Positions 18,589 to 28,611 of a stretch of 64,000 nucleotides of DNA are shown here, one piece after another. The notes under the pieces were generated by a model. That model was given only the letters and a program-made list of their open reading frames with translations, was not told where the DNA came from and did not search any database. Within the stretch, counting starts at the first letter, position 1; every line of letters begins with the position of its first letter. The stretch comes from Firmicutes bacterium UBA3930. Lineage in GTDB: Bacteria > Bacillota > Clostridia > Caldicoprobacterales > Caldicoprobacteraceae. The stretch lies in the NCBI GenBank assembly GCA_002385885.1, contig DGEI01000027.1:7530-71529 (forward strand), read 5' to 3'. The position numbers were made by a program, and so were the translations under genes.

Positions 18589-18654
18589 TTTATAGAAAAC
18601 AATTGATGTTTTATTCCATGAAAATCAAAGCAATGCGCCTGATAAAATCTGCTG

Positions 18655-19794
18655 TTACAGCCGGGTTAACTGTTCCAGTGCCCTAATGCATTGTTTAGCC
18701 TCGTCCAGGGTGTTAAAGATGCCCGGGCTGAACCTTACTGTCCCCTGTTCCAGCGTTCCTATGGTTTTATGTGCCATAGGGGAACAGTGAATGGCTCCGC
18801 GGGTTGCAATGTTGTATTTTTGATCCAAAAGGCCTGCTATATATGCCGAATCAAAATCTTTGACATTTATGGATATAACTCCAATCCGGTTCTCCATCCT
18901 GGCGGGGCCGTATACTTTTATACCGGGTATTTGCAGCAAGGCATCCAGAAAAAACTTCTCAATACGGGTGATACGGGACAGCAGTTTGTTTTGTCCTTCC
19001 CGCAGTATATAGTTGATTCCGGCACCCAGCCCGGCAATTCCGGGAGTATTAAGTGTGCCCGCTTCATAGCGGTCGGGTAAGAATTCGGGATGAAAAAGGC
19101 TTTCGGATTGGCTGCCGGTACCTCCTTCTTTCAACTGTTTCAGTTTCACATGGGGAGCTATGTACAAAACGCCGGTTCCCTGAGGGCCAAGCAGCCCTTT
19201 ATGTCCTGACATGGCCATCATATCCACCGGCAGCGATGACAGATCTATCGGTATTATACCTGCCGTTTGCGCTGCATCGACCAGATACAGTATTTCGTGT
19301 TCTCTTGCTATCCTGCCTATTTCACGAATGGGGATCAGGGTTCCTGTCACGTTGGAGGCGTGAGTTGTAATAATCAGCTTCGTGTTGATACGGATAGCCT
19401 TTCTAATATCATCGGGATCAATTTCTCCCTGGCTGTTTGCCCTCACATATGTGGCGGCAACATCTCTTTTCTCAAGTTCCTTAAGGGGACGGGCCACTGA
19501 ATTGTGCTCCATGGAAGTGGTTACTATATGGTCACCGGGCTGTATGCTGCCTTTGATGGCTAAGTTTAAACTTTCGGTGGCATTTATGGTAAACACCATC
19601 CGGAATGGATTATCTGCCGAAAAAAGCTGACACAGCATTTCCCGGGTATACAACAGGATATTGCCCGCTTCAATAGCCATTCTGTGACCTGAACGGCCCG
19701 GATTGGCGCCATGTTTCCTCATGCAGTTTAAAACCGCTGTATACACCGGTTCGGGTTTTGGCCAGGAAGTGGCTGCATTGTCCATGTATATCAT
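18655..19794 (-). CDS. Class-V aminotransferase-fold PLP enzyme, cysteine desulfurase family
   Basis: Has IYMDNAATSWPKP, the SGHK PLP-lysine motif and a C-terminal RGAIHCSPMAH active-site Cys. AAAGGAGG RBS. Confidence 0.85.
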   Translation of the reverse strand: MIYMDNAATSWPKPEPVYTAVLNCMRKHGANPGRSGHRMAIEAGNILLYTREMLCQLFSADNPFRMVFTINATESLNLAIKGSIQPGDHIVTTSMEHNSVARPLKELEKRDVAATYVRANSQGEIDPDDIRKAIRINTKLIITTHASNVTGTLIPIREIGRIAREHEILYLVDAAQTAGIIPIDLSSLPVDMMAMSGHKGLLGPQGTGVLYIAPHVKLKQLKEGGTGSQSESLFHPEFLPDRYEAGTLNTPGIAGLGAGINYILREGQNKLLSRITRIEKFFLDALLQIPGIKVYGPARMENRIGVISINVKDFDSAYIAGLLDQKYNIATRGAIHCSPMAHKTIGTLEQGTVRFSPGIFNTLDEAKQCIRALEQLTRL

Positions 19795-19824
19795 TATGAG
19801 ACCTCCTTTGGTGTTTGCTTTCTG

Positions 19825-21558
19825 TCAGTTTGTCAGGTTGCGGCCTAACAGCCTGCTTAATAAACCTTTTTTGTTTTGTTTGCTTAACAGATATTTTAGT
19901 TCTTCAAAATCATGACTAAGGATTTCCCATTGACGCTTATTCTCTATTGAACGTCTTCGAAGGGTTTCTATTTCACGCATGATTACCTGGTTCTGAGCCT
20001 GGACTTCCTCAGCTTTTTTGAACCATGAATTCAGAAGTTTTTCAGGTTCATATAAGTCAATTATACTGTTAGCCTGTTCTTCGGTTTGAATGGCTGAAGC
20101 GGCTTCGGATTCCGGTTTGGAAGGCGTAATCCCTTCCTGTGGGGAAGTATTCTCTGTTTGAGAGGAAGCATTTCCAACCTTTGCCGGTGAAATCTCAGAC
20201 GAGGTTTTCCGGCTTTTTTCCTGCTGCAGAGGCGGTAGTGTATTTTTTTGAGCTTGCTCATAGGGTTTTATATTCAAATCCGGTACCTTTGCAGGAAAAG
20301 ATGAGTATTCCCCTATGACCGGGAGTTCAAGGCCGGTGTCCAGGTTTGCAAATATCCGGTGGACCTTGAAAGCGGCCAGGTCTTCAGGAAAATTGCTGCA
20401 GTATCTTATACAGCAGCACTGTTTGTAATCAGACCATCCTATTGGTTTTGCCCCGGTCCATGTGATACCGTCATCAGACGAGGAGCAGCAGTAGATATCG
20501 TTATTTTGATACCACAAACACCACAGCCGGTTATCTGCCTGCAGCAGCTGGGGATACATACAGTTGGATTCATTGTTTGAAAGAAGAATATCGGATTCGT
20601 CGCCTTTTTTATAGTACTGGTTATAGTTCCAGCCTGTATATTTTATCTGCAGGTTGGCGTTTTTTACATATGCCCAGGCTAAATGGATTTTGTTCCCATG
20701 GACAAGAAGGCTGGGGGAGATACAGTCTGTCTGGCTGCGGGTTATCCTTTCAGGTTTGCTCCAGCGGTTAAGGCTGTTGTCAAGACGGCAGTGGAACAAT
20801 TGATATTTGCCATAATATATACCCCGGTATATCATATGAAGGTTTCTTTTGCTAAAATCAAAATACAACGGGCTTGGCTGATTGTGGGTTGTATATCCGG
20901 TTATCTCATCATCAATCCATTTTCCTTCATGGAAATGGCAGTGATGAATTTTCCAGCCGTCGGAAGGCGGATTGGAACCAACGCTGAAGAATACATGAAC
21001 ACGTTCATTGAATGTTACAACCGATACCGACCGGGCAATATATTCGGATGAATCATACCGGGCAATCATCTGTTTATCCCAGTTTTTTCCGTTGTATATC
21101 ATATATTGTATTTGTCCGTCATGATCCTGGAAAACCAGATGAAGCATGTCATTTCTGTCGACAGACAGGGAAAAATAATCCTGTGCATCGGGTATCAGCT
21201 GCATACTGTTCTGCCAGCCATGGTTTTGGTCAAGCCGCCTGTAATGTATTCCGAAACCCTTCCTGGAGAAAAAGTGCCACACTTTGCCGCTTTTAAATCT
21301 TACTATGTGATCGTTTCCATGCTGTAATCTCACCGGATCATCACCTCGATATTTTTTGTTGTACATACTTAACCGGATTGATAATTGTAAAACTACGCCG
21401 GAATAAATATATTTACCGGTTAATGGGATGACGGTTTGTATGTGGGACGGGTAGTCCAGTATATCTATATGCAGCATAAGGGAATAATTTGCACGTTTTT
21501 TTATGTATATATCCGTTGATAAGAATTTTTTACTGTGGTTTATCCACCTGCGATTCAT
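19825..21558 (-). CDS. Hypothetical BNR/Asp-box repeat protein with C-terminal low-complexity linker and coiled coil
   Basis: 577 aa with an Asp-box (SSDDGITW), a W/Y/H-rich beta-propeller-like body and a heptad-like C-terminus. AGGAGG RBS 6 nt before the first ATG. Confidence 0.7.
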   Translation of the reverse strand: MNRRWINHSKKFLSTDIYIKKRANYSLMLHIDILDYPSHIQTVIPLTGKYIYSGVVLQLSIRLSMYNKKYRGDDPVRLQHGNDHIVRFKSGKVWHFFSRKGFGIHYRRLDQNHGWQNSMQLIPDAQDYFSLSVDRNDMLHLVFQDHDGQIQYMIYNGKNWDKQMIARYDSSEYIARSVSVVTFNERVHVFFSVGSNPPSDGWKIHHCHFHEGKWIDDEITGYTTHNQPSPLYFDFSKRNLHMIYRGIYYGKYQLFHCRLDNSLNRWSKPERITRSQTDCISPSLLVHGNKIHLAWAYVKNANLQIKYTGWNYNQYYKKGDESDILLSNNESNCMYPQLLQADNRLWCLWYQNNDIYCCSSSDDGITWTGAKPIGWSDYKQCCCIRYCSNFPEDLAAFKVHRIFANLDTGLELPVIGEYSSFPAKVPDLNIKPYEQAQKNTLPPLQQEKSRKTSSEISPAKVGNASSQTENTSPQEGITPSKPESEAASAIQTEEQANSIIDLYEPEKLLNSWFKKAEEVQAQNQVIMREIETLRRRSIENKRQWEILSHDFEELKYLLSKQNKKGLLSRLLGRNLTN

Positions 21559-21676
21559 GGCAAACCTCCTATAGAAATAAAACCGTTATATGCCAAAACA
21601 CAGTGTATGTAGTATAATAGGAAAAAACGATGATGAAATATATTACAGCTTATATGAAAGGAGCAGACATGCTAAT

Positions 21677-22345
21677 ATGGATAATGAAAGATACAAAAAG
21701 ATCCTTGATGAATTAGAAATCCACTATAAAGGGGCGACAACTGCATTGAAGTATAAAACCCCGTTTCAGCTGCTGGTAGCTACAATACTATCAGCCCAGT
21801 GTACCGACAAACAGGTTAACAGCATAACCTCAAAGCTGTTTCAGAAGTATCCGGGGCCGGAAGATTTTGCCGGGCTGTCTCCCGGGGAGCTGGAGAAGGA
21901 TATATACAGCTGCGGGTTTTACAGGAATAAAAGCAGGAATATAATAAAGACCAGCCAGATACTTATAAGTAAATACGGGGGACAGGTACCTCAGAGTATT
22001 GAGGAACTCCGGGAATTGCCGGGAGTTGGAAGGAAAACAGCAAATGTTGTGGCCAGCAATGCTTTCGGCATGGATGCTATTGCGGTGGATACCCATGTTT
22101 TCCGGGTTTCCAACCGGCTGGGGCTGGCCAATGCAAAAACTCCTGAAGAAACCGAAAAACAGCTTATGAGGAACATACCAAAGAACAAATGGTCAAAAGC
22201 CCATCATTGGTTAATCCAGCACGGCAGAAGGGTGTGCATTGCCCGAAACCCAAGGTGCGGTCAGTGTTTTCTTGCTGAGTATTGTGACTATTATAACCAT
22301 TCGGGCTCAGGAAAAAAAACGGAGAAATCAGACGATAGTAAATAA
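21677..22345 (+). CDS. nth: Endonuclease III
   Basis: PFQLLVATILSAQCTD, HhH motif LPGVGRKTANVV and the Fe-S motif CIARNPRCGQCFLAEYC. Start chosen at MDNERYKK after AAGGAG; the ORF-track start at 21590 has no RBS. Confidence 0.9.
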   Translation: MDNERYKKILDELEIHYKGATTALKYKTPFQLLVATILSAQCTDKQVNSITSKLFQKYPGPEDFAGLSPGELEKDIYSCGFYRNKSRNIIKTSQILISKYGGQVPQSIEELRELPGVGRKTANVVASNAFGMDAIAVDTHVFRVSNRLGLANAKTPEETEKQLMRNIPKNKWSKAHHWLIQHGRRVCIARNPRCGQCFLAEYCDYYNHSGSGKKTEKSDDSK

Positions 22346-22371
22346 ACAAGTATATGAAAGGGGATCAGGTA

Positions 22372-23544
22372 ATGGATATACAACAGGAATCACTAAAACT
22401 TCATAAACAGTGGAAGGGTAAAATAGAGGTGATCAGCCGGGTAGATGTTAAGGACAGAATTGATTTGTCTCTTGCCTATACACCGGGTGTTGCACAGCCA
22501 TGCATGGCTATAAAGGAGGATGTCAATCTATCATATGTGTATACCAGGAGATGGAATCTGGTTGCCGTTATAACTGACGGGTCGGCTGTTTTAGGCCTGG
22601 GTGATATAGGGCCTGAAGCCGGTATGCCGGTTATGGAGGGAAAATGCGTACTGTTCAAGATGTTTGCTGATGTGGATGCCTTTCCCATTTGTATAAAATC
22701 CAGGGATGTGGACGAGATAGTTAATACTGTTAAATTGATATCGGGGAGTTTTGGCGGCATCAACCTGGAGGATATATCTGCCCCAAGGTGTTTTGAGATA
22801 GAAAGAAGGCTGAAAGACGAATGCGATATACCGATATTTCATGACGATCAGCACGGCACGGCGGTGGTAACCCTGGCTGCTTTAATCAATGCCCTGAAAA
22901 TTACAGGGAAGGATTTGCAGGATGTATCGGTGGTGATTAACGGTTCCGGTGCAGCGGGGATCGGGGTTACCAGGTTGCTGCTGTCGGTGGGACTGAAGGA
23001 TATCATACTGTGTGACAGGAAAGGAGCCATTTATGAGGGCAGGGATAATCTGAATCCTGAAAAAGCCGATATAGCAAAGGTTACCAATCCGGAACACAGG
23101 AAAGGTTCATTGAAAGAAGTAATTGAGGGCGCAGATGTGTTCATTGGCTTATCAGGACCCGGTCTGGTGACCGGGGATATGGTGAAAAGCATGGCCAGGG
23201 AACCGATAATATTTGCCATGGCCAATCCTATTCCGGAGATTATGCCGGACGAGGCCAGGAAGGCAGGTGCACGGGTGATAGGAACCGGGCGTTCGGATTT
23301 TCCCAACCAGATAAACAACGTTCTGGCATTTCCGGGAATTTTCAGAGGTGCTTTGGACGTACTGGCCCGGGATATAAATGATGAGATGAAGATAGCAGCT
23401 GCCCACGCCATAGCATCGCTGGTTAACCCGCATGAACTGAACGAAGAATATATACTGCCTTTTCCTTTTGACAACAGGGTTGGCAGGACGGTTGCGGATG
23501 CTGTAGCCCATGCAGCAAGAGAAACCGGAGCAGCCAGGCTATGA
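22372..23544 (+). CDS. NAD(P)-dependent malic enzyme (short MaeB-type)
   Basis: SLAYTPGVA, GLGDIGPEAGMPVMEGK, FGGINLEDI and GSGAAGIG motifs. The RBS precedes the second ATG. Confidence 0.9.
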   Translation: MDIQQESLKLHKQWKGKIEVISRVDVKDRIDLSLAYTPGVAQPCMAIKEDVNLSYVYTRRWNLVAVITDGSAVLGLGDIGPEAGMPVMEGKCVLFKMFADVDAFPICIKSRDVDEIVNTVKLISGSFGGINLEDISAPRCFEIERRLKDECDIPIFHDDQHGTAVVTLAALINALKITGKDLQDVSVVINGSGAAGIGVTRLLLSVGLKDIILCDRKGAIYEGRDNLNPEKADIAKVTNPEHRKGSLKEVIEGADVFIGLSGPGLVTGDMVKSMAREPIIFAMANPIPEIMPDEARKAGARVIGTGRSDFPNQINNVLAFPGIFRGALDVLARDINDEMKIAAAHAIASLVNPHELNEEYILPFPFDNRVGRTVADAVAHAARETGAARL

Positions 23545-23647
23545 GAAACAAAGCAGCTTTTTTGTTGAAAAATAAATTCTTTAACTTTCCCTGAAAAACA
23601 ATGTATAATAAGTATATATATAATATACAAAATGGGGGGAAGCAAAC

Positions 23648-25162
23648 ATGTTAAGAAGAGTAGTTGTTGAAAATGGGGCACTGGAAGGGCTTCCTGCAGC
23701 CGATCCAAGGATTACCGTGTTTAAAGGGATTCCCTTTGCCGCCCCTCCGGTAGGGGACTTAAGATGGCGCCCGCCGCAGCCGTGCCCTGATTGGGAAGGT
23801 GTTTACAAAGCTTATACTTTTGCTCCCATCTCTGTACAGGAAACGCCGGGTTGGGATCCTGACAGTATTTATACTAAGGAGTTCTGGGTGGATCCAAATG
23901 TTCCAATGAGTGAGGACTGCCTGTATCTGAATGTATGGACGCCGGCTAAGCATCCGGATGAAAAACTTCCCGTAATGGTTTGGATTTTTGGCGGGGGTTT
24001 GGAGGTAGGTTACACCTCGGAGATGGAATTTGACGGTGAACGTATTGCCCGCAGGGGAGTCATTCTTGTAAGCGTGAATTACAGGGTAAATGTCTTTGGC
24101 TTCTTTGCCCATAAAGAGATTTCAGCCGAGAACCCGGACGGTCCAAAAGCGAACTTTGGCCTGCTGGACCAGATGGCAGGCATTGCCTGGGTAAAACGGA
24201 ATATTGCTGCCTTTGGCGGAGACCCGGATAACATTACAATCTTTGGCCAATCTGCAGGCGGTGGCAGCGTAACTGCCCATGTAACTTCACCTGTAGCTGA
24301 AGGCTTGTTCCAAAAGGCAATAATTCAAAGTGGTGTAAGTTTTATTCCCCATCCTAACCGAAGGTATCCCGAACTGGAAGACGCCGAGAAAACAGGAGAA
24401 GAATTCTTTAAATTCTTAGGTGTAAGCTCATTGGATGAAGCCCGTAAAATCGATGCAAAGGAGCTTTTTGAAAAGTATAAAGCCTTTGGGCGCAGATGGG
24501 GTTTTGTCAAGGACGGGCATTACATAGTGGAGAATCCGGTAAATCTTATACTTGAAGGGAATTGGAATAAAATCCCCTTAATGATTGGTCATACGGGCGA
24601 TGAGTTTCTTGTAATGTCGGATGCAAAGACAATGGAGGAGTTTAAGGATTATGCATACAAGCAGTATCAGGAGGATGCAGAAGAATACCTGAGGCTGTGC
24701 AAGGTTGACGATAACGATGTTGAAAAAATGCGCAAGAAAGGCGCTGTCAACATGTGCGAAACAGGCAATTTAATGTGGTGTAAACATAATGCGGAAAAAC
24801 AGGACACCACCATATACTGCTATTGTTTTGACCCGGAAATCCCGGGGGATGACGCCGGTTCCTTCCATTCATCCGAACTGTGGTTTGTATTTGAAACACT
24901 TGCGAAATGCTGGCGGCCGTTTGTCGGCAAACACTATGATTTGGCCCGGCAGATATGCAATTACTGGACTAACTTTGCCAAGAAAGGAGATCCTAACGGT
25001 TCTGACCATGATGGCACACCCATGCCCGAGTGGCGGCCTTATACAAAAGAGGAACCGTTTATAATGCTCTTTGGGGATAAGCCGGGCAAAGATCCGGAGA
25101 GGCCGACGGAACTGATGAAGTTTATAGTGGAGCATTATTTCAAGCGGCTTAAAACAAAATAG
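23648..25162 (+). CDS. Type-B carboxylesterase/lipase family protein
   Basis: GIPFAAPPVGDLRW, EDCLYLNVW and the nucleophile elbow GQSAGG. Confidence 0.9.
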   Translation: MLRRVVVENGALEGLPAADPRITVFKGIPFAAPPVGDLRWRPPQPCPDWEGVYKAYTFAPISVQETPGWDPDSIYTKEFWVDPNVPMSEDCLYLNVWTPAKHPDEKLPVMVWIFGGGLEVGYTSEMEFDGERIARRGVILVSVNYRVNVFGFFAHKEISAENPDGPKANFGLLDQMAGIAWVKRNIAAFGGDPDNITIFGQSAGGGSVTAHVTSPVAEGLFQKAIIQSGVSFIPHPNRRYPELEDAEKTGEEFFKFLGVSSLDEARKIDAKELFEKYKAFGRRWGFVKDGHYIVENPVNLILEGNWNKIPLMIGHTGDEFLVMSDAKTMEEFKDYAYKQYQEDAEEYLRLCKVDDNDVEKMRKKGAVNMCETGNLMWCKHNAEKQDTTIYCYCFDPEIPGDDAGSFHSSELWFVFETLAKCWRPFVGKHYDLARQICNYWTNFAKKGDPNGSDHDGTPMPEWRPYTKEEPFIMLFGDKPGKDPERPTELMKFIVEHYFKRLKTK

Positions 25163-25204
25163 AAAAGACAGTTCAGTATTGAATTAAATACGTTATTTTT
25201 ATCG

Positions 25205-25231
25205 AGGGTTGTTTAACAACCCTTTTTTTTA
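25205..25231 (+). terminator. Rho-independent terminator
   Basis: Stem AGGGTTG/CAACCCT followed by a T8 run. Confidence 0.8.
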
Positions 25232-25477
25232 TAATGCTAAATCCCAGATCACGCTTTGTACAAGGCTGGTGCTGTGATAGCGGTACAAGTTTCAAACCGG
25301 CAGATGGCTTTGCATGGGAAAATGTATCAACGGGACTAAACATGTGCTGCAAAAAATAACTGATTTTAATTTTACCTGTGTTGTGCTACAATAAATATGT
25401 GTAGGTTAATACAAGCTTGCATGATAAGTTTATAAAAAGTATGCAAGTATATTAGGATATGTAAGGAGAAGACAGGC

Positions 25478-26290
25478 TTGAAGGTTTATGCGCTGGTTGG
25501 GCAAAGCGGTACGGGGAAGAGCTATAAAGCCCATACATTGGCCAGTGAAAAGGGAATTGAATATATAATCGATGACGGTTTGTTTATAAAAGGGAATAAA
25601 ATAATTGCGGGTGTTTCGGCCAAAAAGGAATCTACAAAGATAGCGGCTGTGCGGAGGGCGCTTTTTATACATCCCGAACATGCCCGCGAGGTAAGGGAAG
25701 CAATCAGGCAGGTTGAACCTGAGTCGGTATTGATACTGGGGACATCAGCCAGAATGATCAATCGGATAATTTCCAGGCTGGATCTTCCGCCGGTTCAGGA
25801 AATTATAAGAATTGAAGCTGTTGCAACCGGAGGAGAAATTAGAAGGGCGCAAAAGTATCGCCGTGAACAGGGTAAGCATGTTATTCCCGTGCCTACGTTT
25901 GAAATCCGCAAGGACTTTTCGGGTTATTTTATTGATCCGCTGAAGATATTCAGAATAGCCGGTAAGGGAAAAAGGATAGAAACCCTGGAGAAAACGGTGG
26001 TGAGGCCTACCTACAGCTATATGGGAAGGTTCTATATTGCCGATACGGCTATAGAGGCTGTTGCAGCCTATAATGCCGTTAATGTGGAAGGTGTACGAAA
26101 GGTTTTGTCCACCAGCATAAAGAGCAGGGATGACGGATTGTTTATATTCATAGAAGTTGCCGTGAGATATGGATATAAGATCCATGATGTGCTGGAAACC
26201 ATACAGTCCAGCGTTGCAAAAGATGTGGACAGATTAACCGGTATGAATGTCATACAGGTAAATGTCACTGCCAGGAGCCTGGTAGTCTGA
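25478..26290 (+). CDS. P-loop NTPase domain fused to Asp23/Gls24-like domain
   Basis: TTG start after AAGGAG, then Walker A GQSGTGKS followed by IIDDG. The C-terminal roughly 100 aa look like the Asp23 family (RFYIADTAIEAVA..., VNVTARSL). Confidence 0.7.
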   Translation: MKVYALVGQSGTGKSYKAHTLASEKGIEYIIDDGLFIKGNKIIAGVSAKKESTKIAAVRRALFIHPEHAREVREAIRQVEPESVLILGTSARMINRIISRLDLPPVQEIIRIEAVATGGEIRRAQKYRREQGKHVIPVPTFEIRKDFSGYFIDPLKIFRIAGKGKRIETLEKTVVRPTYSYMGRFYIADTAIEAVAAYNAVNVEGVRKVLSTSIKSRDDGLFIFIEVAVRYGYKIHDVLETIQSSVAKDVDRLTGMNVIQVNVTARSLVV

Positions 26291-26330
26291 TTATATGACA
26301 GAACCAGAAAATGTTTTAAGGGGGAGCGGT

Positions 26331-27161
26331 ATGTATAAAATTGTTTATAAAGAAAAACTGGCTTCAGGTATTTGGATGATGAAGGTTATGGCTCCGCTTG
26401 TAGCAAGGAAAGCCATGCCGGGACAGTTTATTATCCTTCGGGTAGATGAAGAAGGGGAAAGGATCCCGTTGACCATAGCAGATTTTGATCGGCAGGAGGG
26501 GTGGATAACCATTATATTTCAGGAGGTTGGATTGACCACACGTCTTCTGGCTGCTCTAAACGAAGGAGACAGCATTCTCGATTTTGCGGGTCCGCTGGGC
26601 AGACCGTCGGAGCTTGATGGTTTAAAGCGGGTGTTATGCATCGGCGGCGGGGTTGGCGTAGCGCCTTTGTATCCCCAGGTCAAACACCTCTGGGATAATA
26701 ACTGCAGCGTTGATGTTATTATTGGAGCAAGAAACAAGGATTATCTGTTATTGGAGAAAGAAATGAAAGCTGTATGCAATAACCTGTATATAACAACCGA
26801 CGACGGTTCCTGCGGACGAAAAGGATTTGTTTCGGATGTGCTTAAGGAGTTGTTGGAACAAGGGAATCAATATGATATGGTAATCGCTATTGGTCCCTTA
26901 ATCATGATGAAAGTGGTGTCACAGATAACCAAACAGTATGATGTGCCTACAATTGTCAGTATGAATCCGGTGATGATAGATGGTACCGGGATGTGCGGTG
27001 GCTGCCGTGTTACAGTGGGAGGAGAAGTGAGATATGCCTGTGTTGACGGCCCCGACTTTGACGGTCATCTTGTAGATTTTGACGAAGCCATGAGGAGACA
27101 GCAGATGTACAGGGAAGAAGAAAACCATATCTGCAGGATAATGGGAATGGAGGGTGTATAA
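26331..27161 (+). CDS. nfnA: NfnA-type ferredoxin-NADP reductase-like subunit (sulfide/dihydroorotate dehydrogenase-like FAD/NAD-binding protein)
   Basis: Has PGQFIILRV, GGGVGVAPL and a C-terminal CGGCRV..C 2Fe-2S motif. GGGGGAG RBS. The stop overlaps the nfnB start. Confidence 0.85.
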   Translation: MYKIVYKEKLASGIWMMKVMAPLVARKAMPGQFIILRVDEEGERIPLTIADFDRQEGWITIIFQEVGLTTRLLAALNEGDSILDFAGPLGRPSELDGLKRVLCIGGGVGVAPLYPQVKHLWDNNCSVDVIIGARNKDYLLLEKEMKAVCNNLYITTDDGSCGRKGFVSDVLKELLEQGNQYDMVIAIGPLIMMKVVSQITKQYDVPTIVSMNPVMIDGTGMCGGCRVTVGGEVRYACVDGPDFDGHLVDFDEAMRRQQMYREEENHICRIMGMEGV

Positions 27162-28546
27162 TGGCTTTGATATTGAAAAAAGTTTCCATGAAGGAACAGG
27201 ATCCACAGGCAAGACGCAGCAATTTCAGAGAGGTAGCCCTGGGGTACAGCCTTGAGGAGGCCATGGAAGAGGCCCGGCGCTGTCTTAATTGTAAAAGACC
27301 CCTATGTGTGGAAGGCTGTCCCGTAAATGTTAACATCCCTCAGTTTATACAGGCTATAACCCGGGGGGACATACAGCAGGCATACAGTATAATATGTCAA
27401 ACCAATAATCTTCCTGCCATATGCGGGCGGGTTTGCCCACAGGAAACACAATGCGAGCAAAAGTGCGTACTGGGGAAACGGGGCGAACCGGTAGCCATTG
27501 GACGGCTTGAGCGGTTTGCGGCCGATTATTGCATAGAACGCGGAATTGAAGAGAATGTGGAAATACAGCCTAACGGGCGAAAAGTGGCAGTTATAGGAGC
27601 GGGGCCTGCCGGGCTTACGGCTGCTGCTGATCTGACCAAACTCGGGTACGAAGTAACGATTTTTGAAGCTTTCCACGAACCGGGTGGAGTTCTGATATAC
27701 GGCATACCCGAATTCAGATTGCCCAAATCTCTGGTCAAGAAAGAGATTGGAGGTCTGAAGAAGCTGGGCGTAAATATCCGGACCAATGTTATTGTCGGCA
27801 AAACTATTACCATTGATGAACTGATTGATGCCGGATTTGAAGCTGTGTTCATAGGAAGTGGTGCAGGCCTTCCCAAATTTATGGGTATTCCCGGTGAAAA
27901 TCTGTGCGGCGTGTATTCCGCCAATGAATATCTGACCCGCATCAATCTGATGAAAGCCTTTGATTTTCCCAACAGTCATACACCGGTAAAACACGGGCAA
28001 AGAGTGGCTGTTGTCGGAGGCGGCAATGTAGCTATGGATGCTGCCCGGTGCGCTCTCAGGCTGGGCGCCGGTGAGGTGTATATTGTGTACCGGCGTTCGG
28101 AAGCCGAAATGCCTGCAAGGGTTGAGGAGATACACCACGCAAAGGAAGAGGGTATTATATTCGAATTGCTGACCAATCCGGTGGAAATCATTGGTGAGGA
28201 CGGATGGGTAAAAGGTTTGAAATGTATAAGGATGGAGCTGGGGCAGCCGGATCAATCGGGCAGGAGGAGGCCTGTTCCGGTGAAGGGCTCGGAATTTGTT
28301 ATGGATATTGATATTGTAATAATGGCAATTGGTACCAGCCCCAATCCGCTGATTGCATCTACAACACCGGAACTGGCGGTTGAAAGCTGGGGTGGTATTA
28401 TAGTTGATGAAGAGACCGGAGCTACCAGTAAGGATGGTGTATATGCCGGCGGTGATGCCGTAACCGGAGCTGCTACGGTTATACTGGCCATGGGAGCCGG
28501 GAAAAAGGCAGCCAGGGCAATTCATGAGAAGCTGTCCGGTCAATAA
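27161..28546 (+). CDS. nfnB: NfnB / NADPH-dependent glutamate synthase small-chain-like oxidoreductase
   Basis: CLNCKRPLCVEGCPV, CGRVCPQETQCEQKC, VAVIGAGPAGLTAA and VAVVGGGNVAMDAA. Confidence 0.9.
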   Translation: MALILKKVSMKEQDPQARRSNFREVALGYSLEEAMEEARRCLNCKRPLCVEGCPVNVNIPQFIQAITRGDIQQAYSIICQTNNLPAICGRVCPQETQCEQKCVLGKRGEPVAIGRLERFAADYCIERGIEENVEIQPNGRKVAVIGAGPAGLTAAADLTKLGYEVTIFEAFHEPGGVLIYGIPEFRLPKSLVKKEIGGLKKLGVNIRTNVIVGKTITIDELIDAGFEAVFIGSGAGLPKFMGIPGENLCGVYSANEYLTRINLMKAFDFPNSHTPVKHGQRVAVVGGGNVAMDAARCALRLGAGEVYIVYRRSEAEMPARVEEIHHAKEEGIIFELLTNPVEIIGEDGWVKGLKCIRMELGQPDQSGRRRPVPVKGSEFVMDIDIVIMAIGTSPNPLIASTTPELAVESWGGIIVDEETGATSKDGVYAGGDAVTGAATVILAMGAGKKAARAIHEKLSGQ

Positions 28547-28611
28547 AGCCCAACAGGTGAAATTTATGGGTACAAATTGACAGTGTACTTTGCCGGCAAA
28601 GGGGATAAGAC

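Noticed and set aside
23031-23708. A 225-aa minus-strand ORF opposite the malic enzyme gene. Similar long antisense ORFs occur at 28627-29229, 48734-49387, 9609-10121 and 6940-7368.
   Set aside because: All of them overlap plus-strand genes with clear family motifs and lack RBSs. I interpret them as frame shadows.
27302-28543. A 413-aa minus-strand ORF covering the whole of nfnB.
   Set aside because: It is a shadow ORF opposite a gene with unmistakable GltD/NfnB motifs. Its composition is junk-like (F/Y/N/I-rich), and it has no RBS or recognisable motif.
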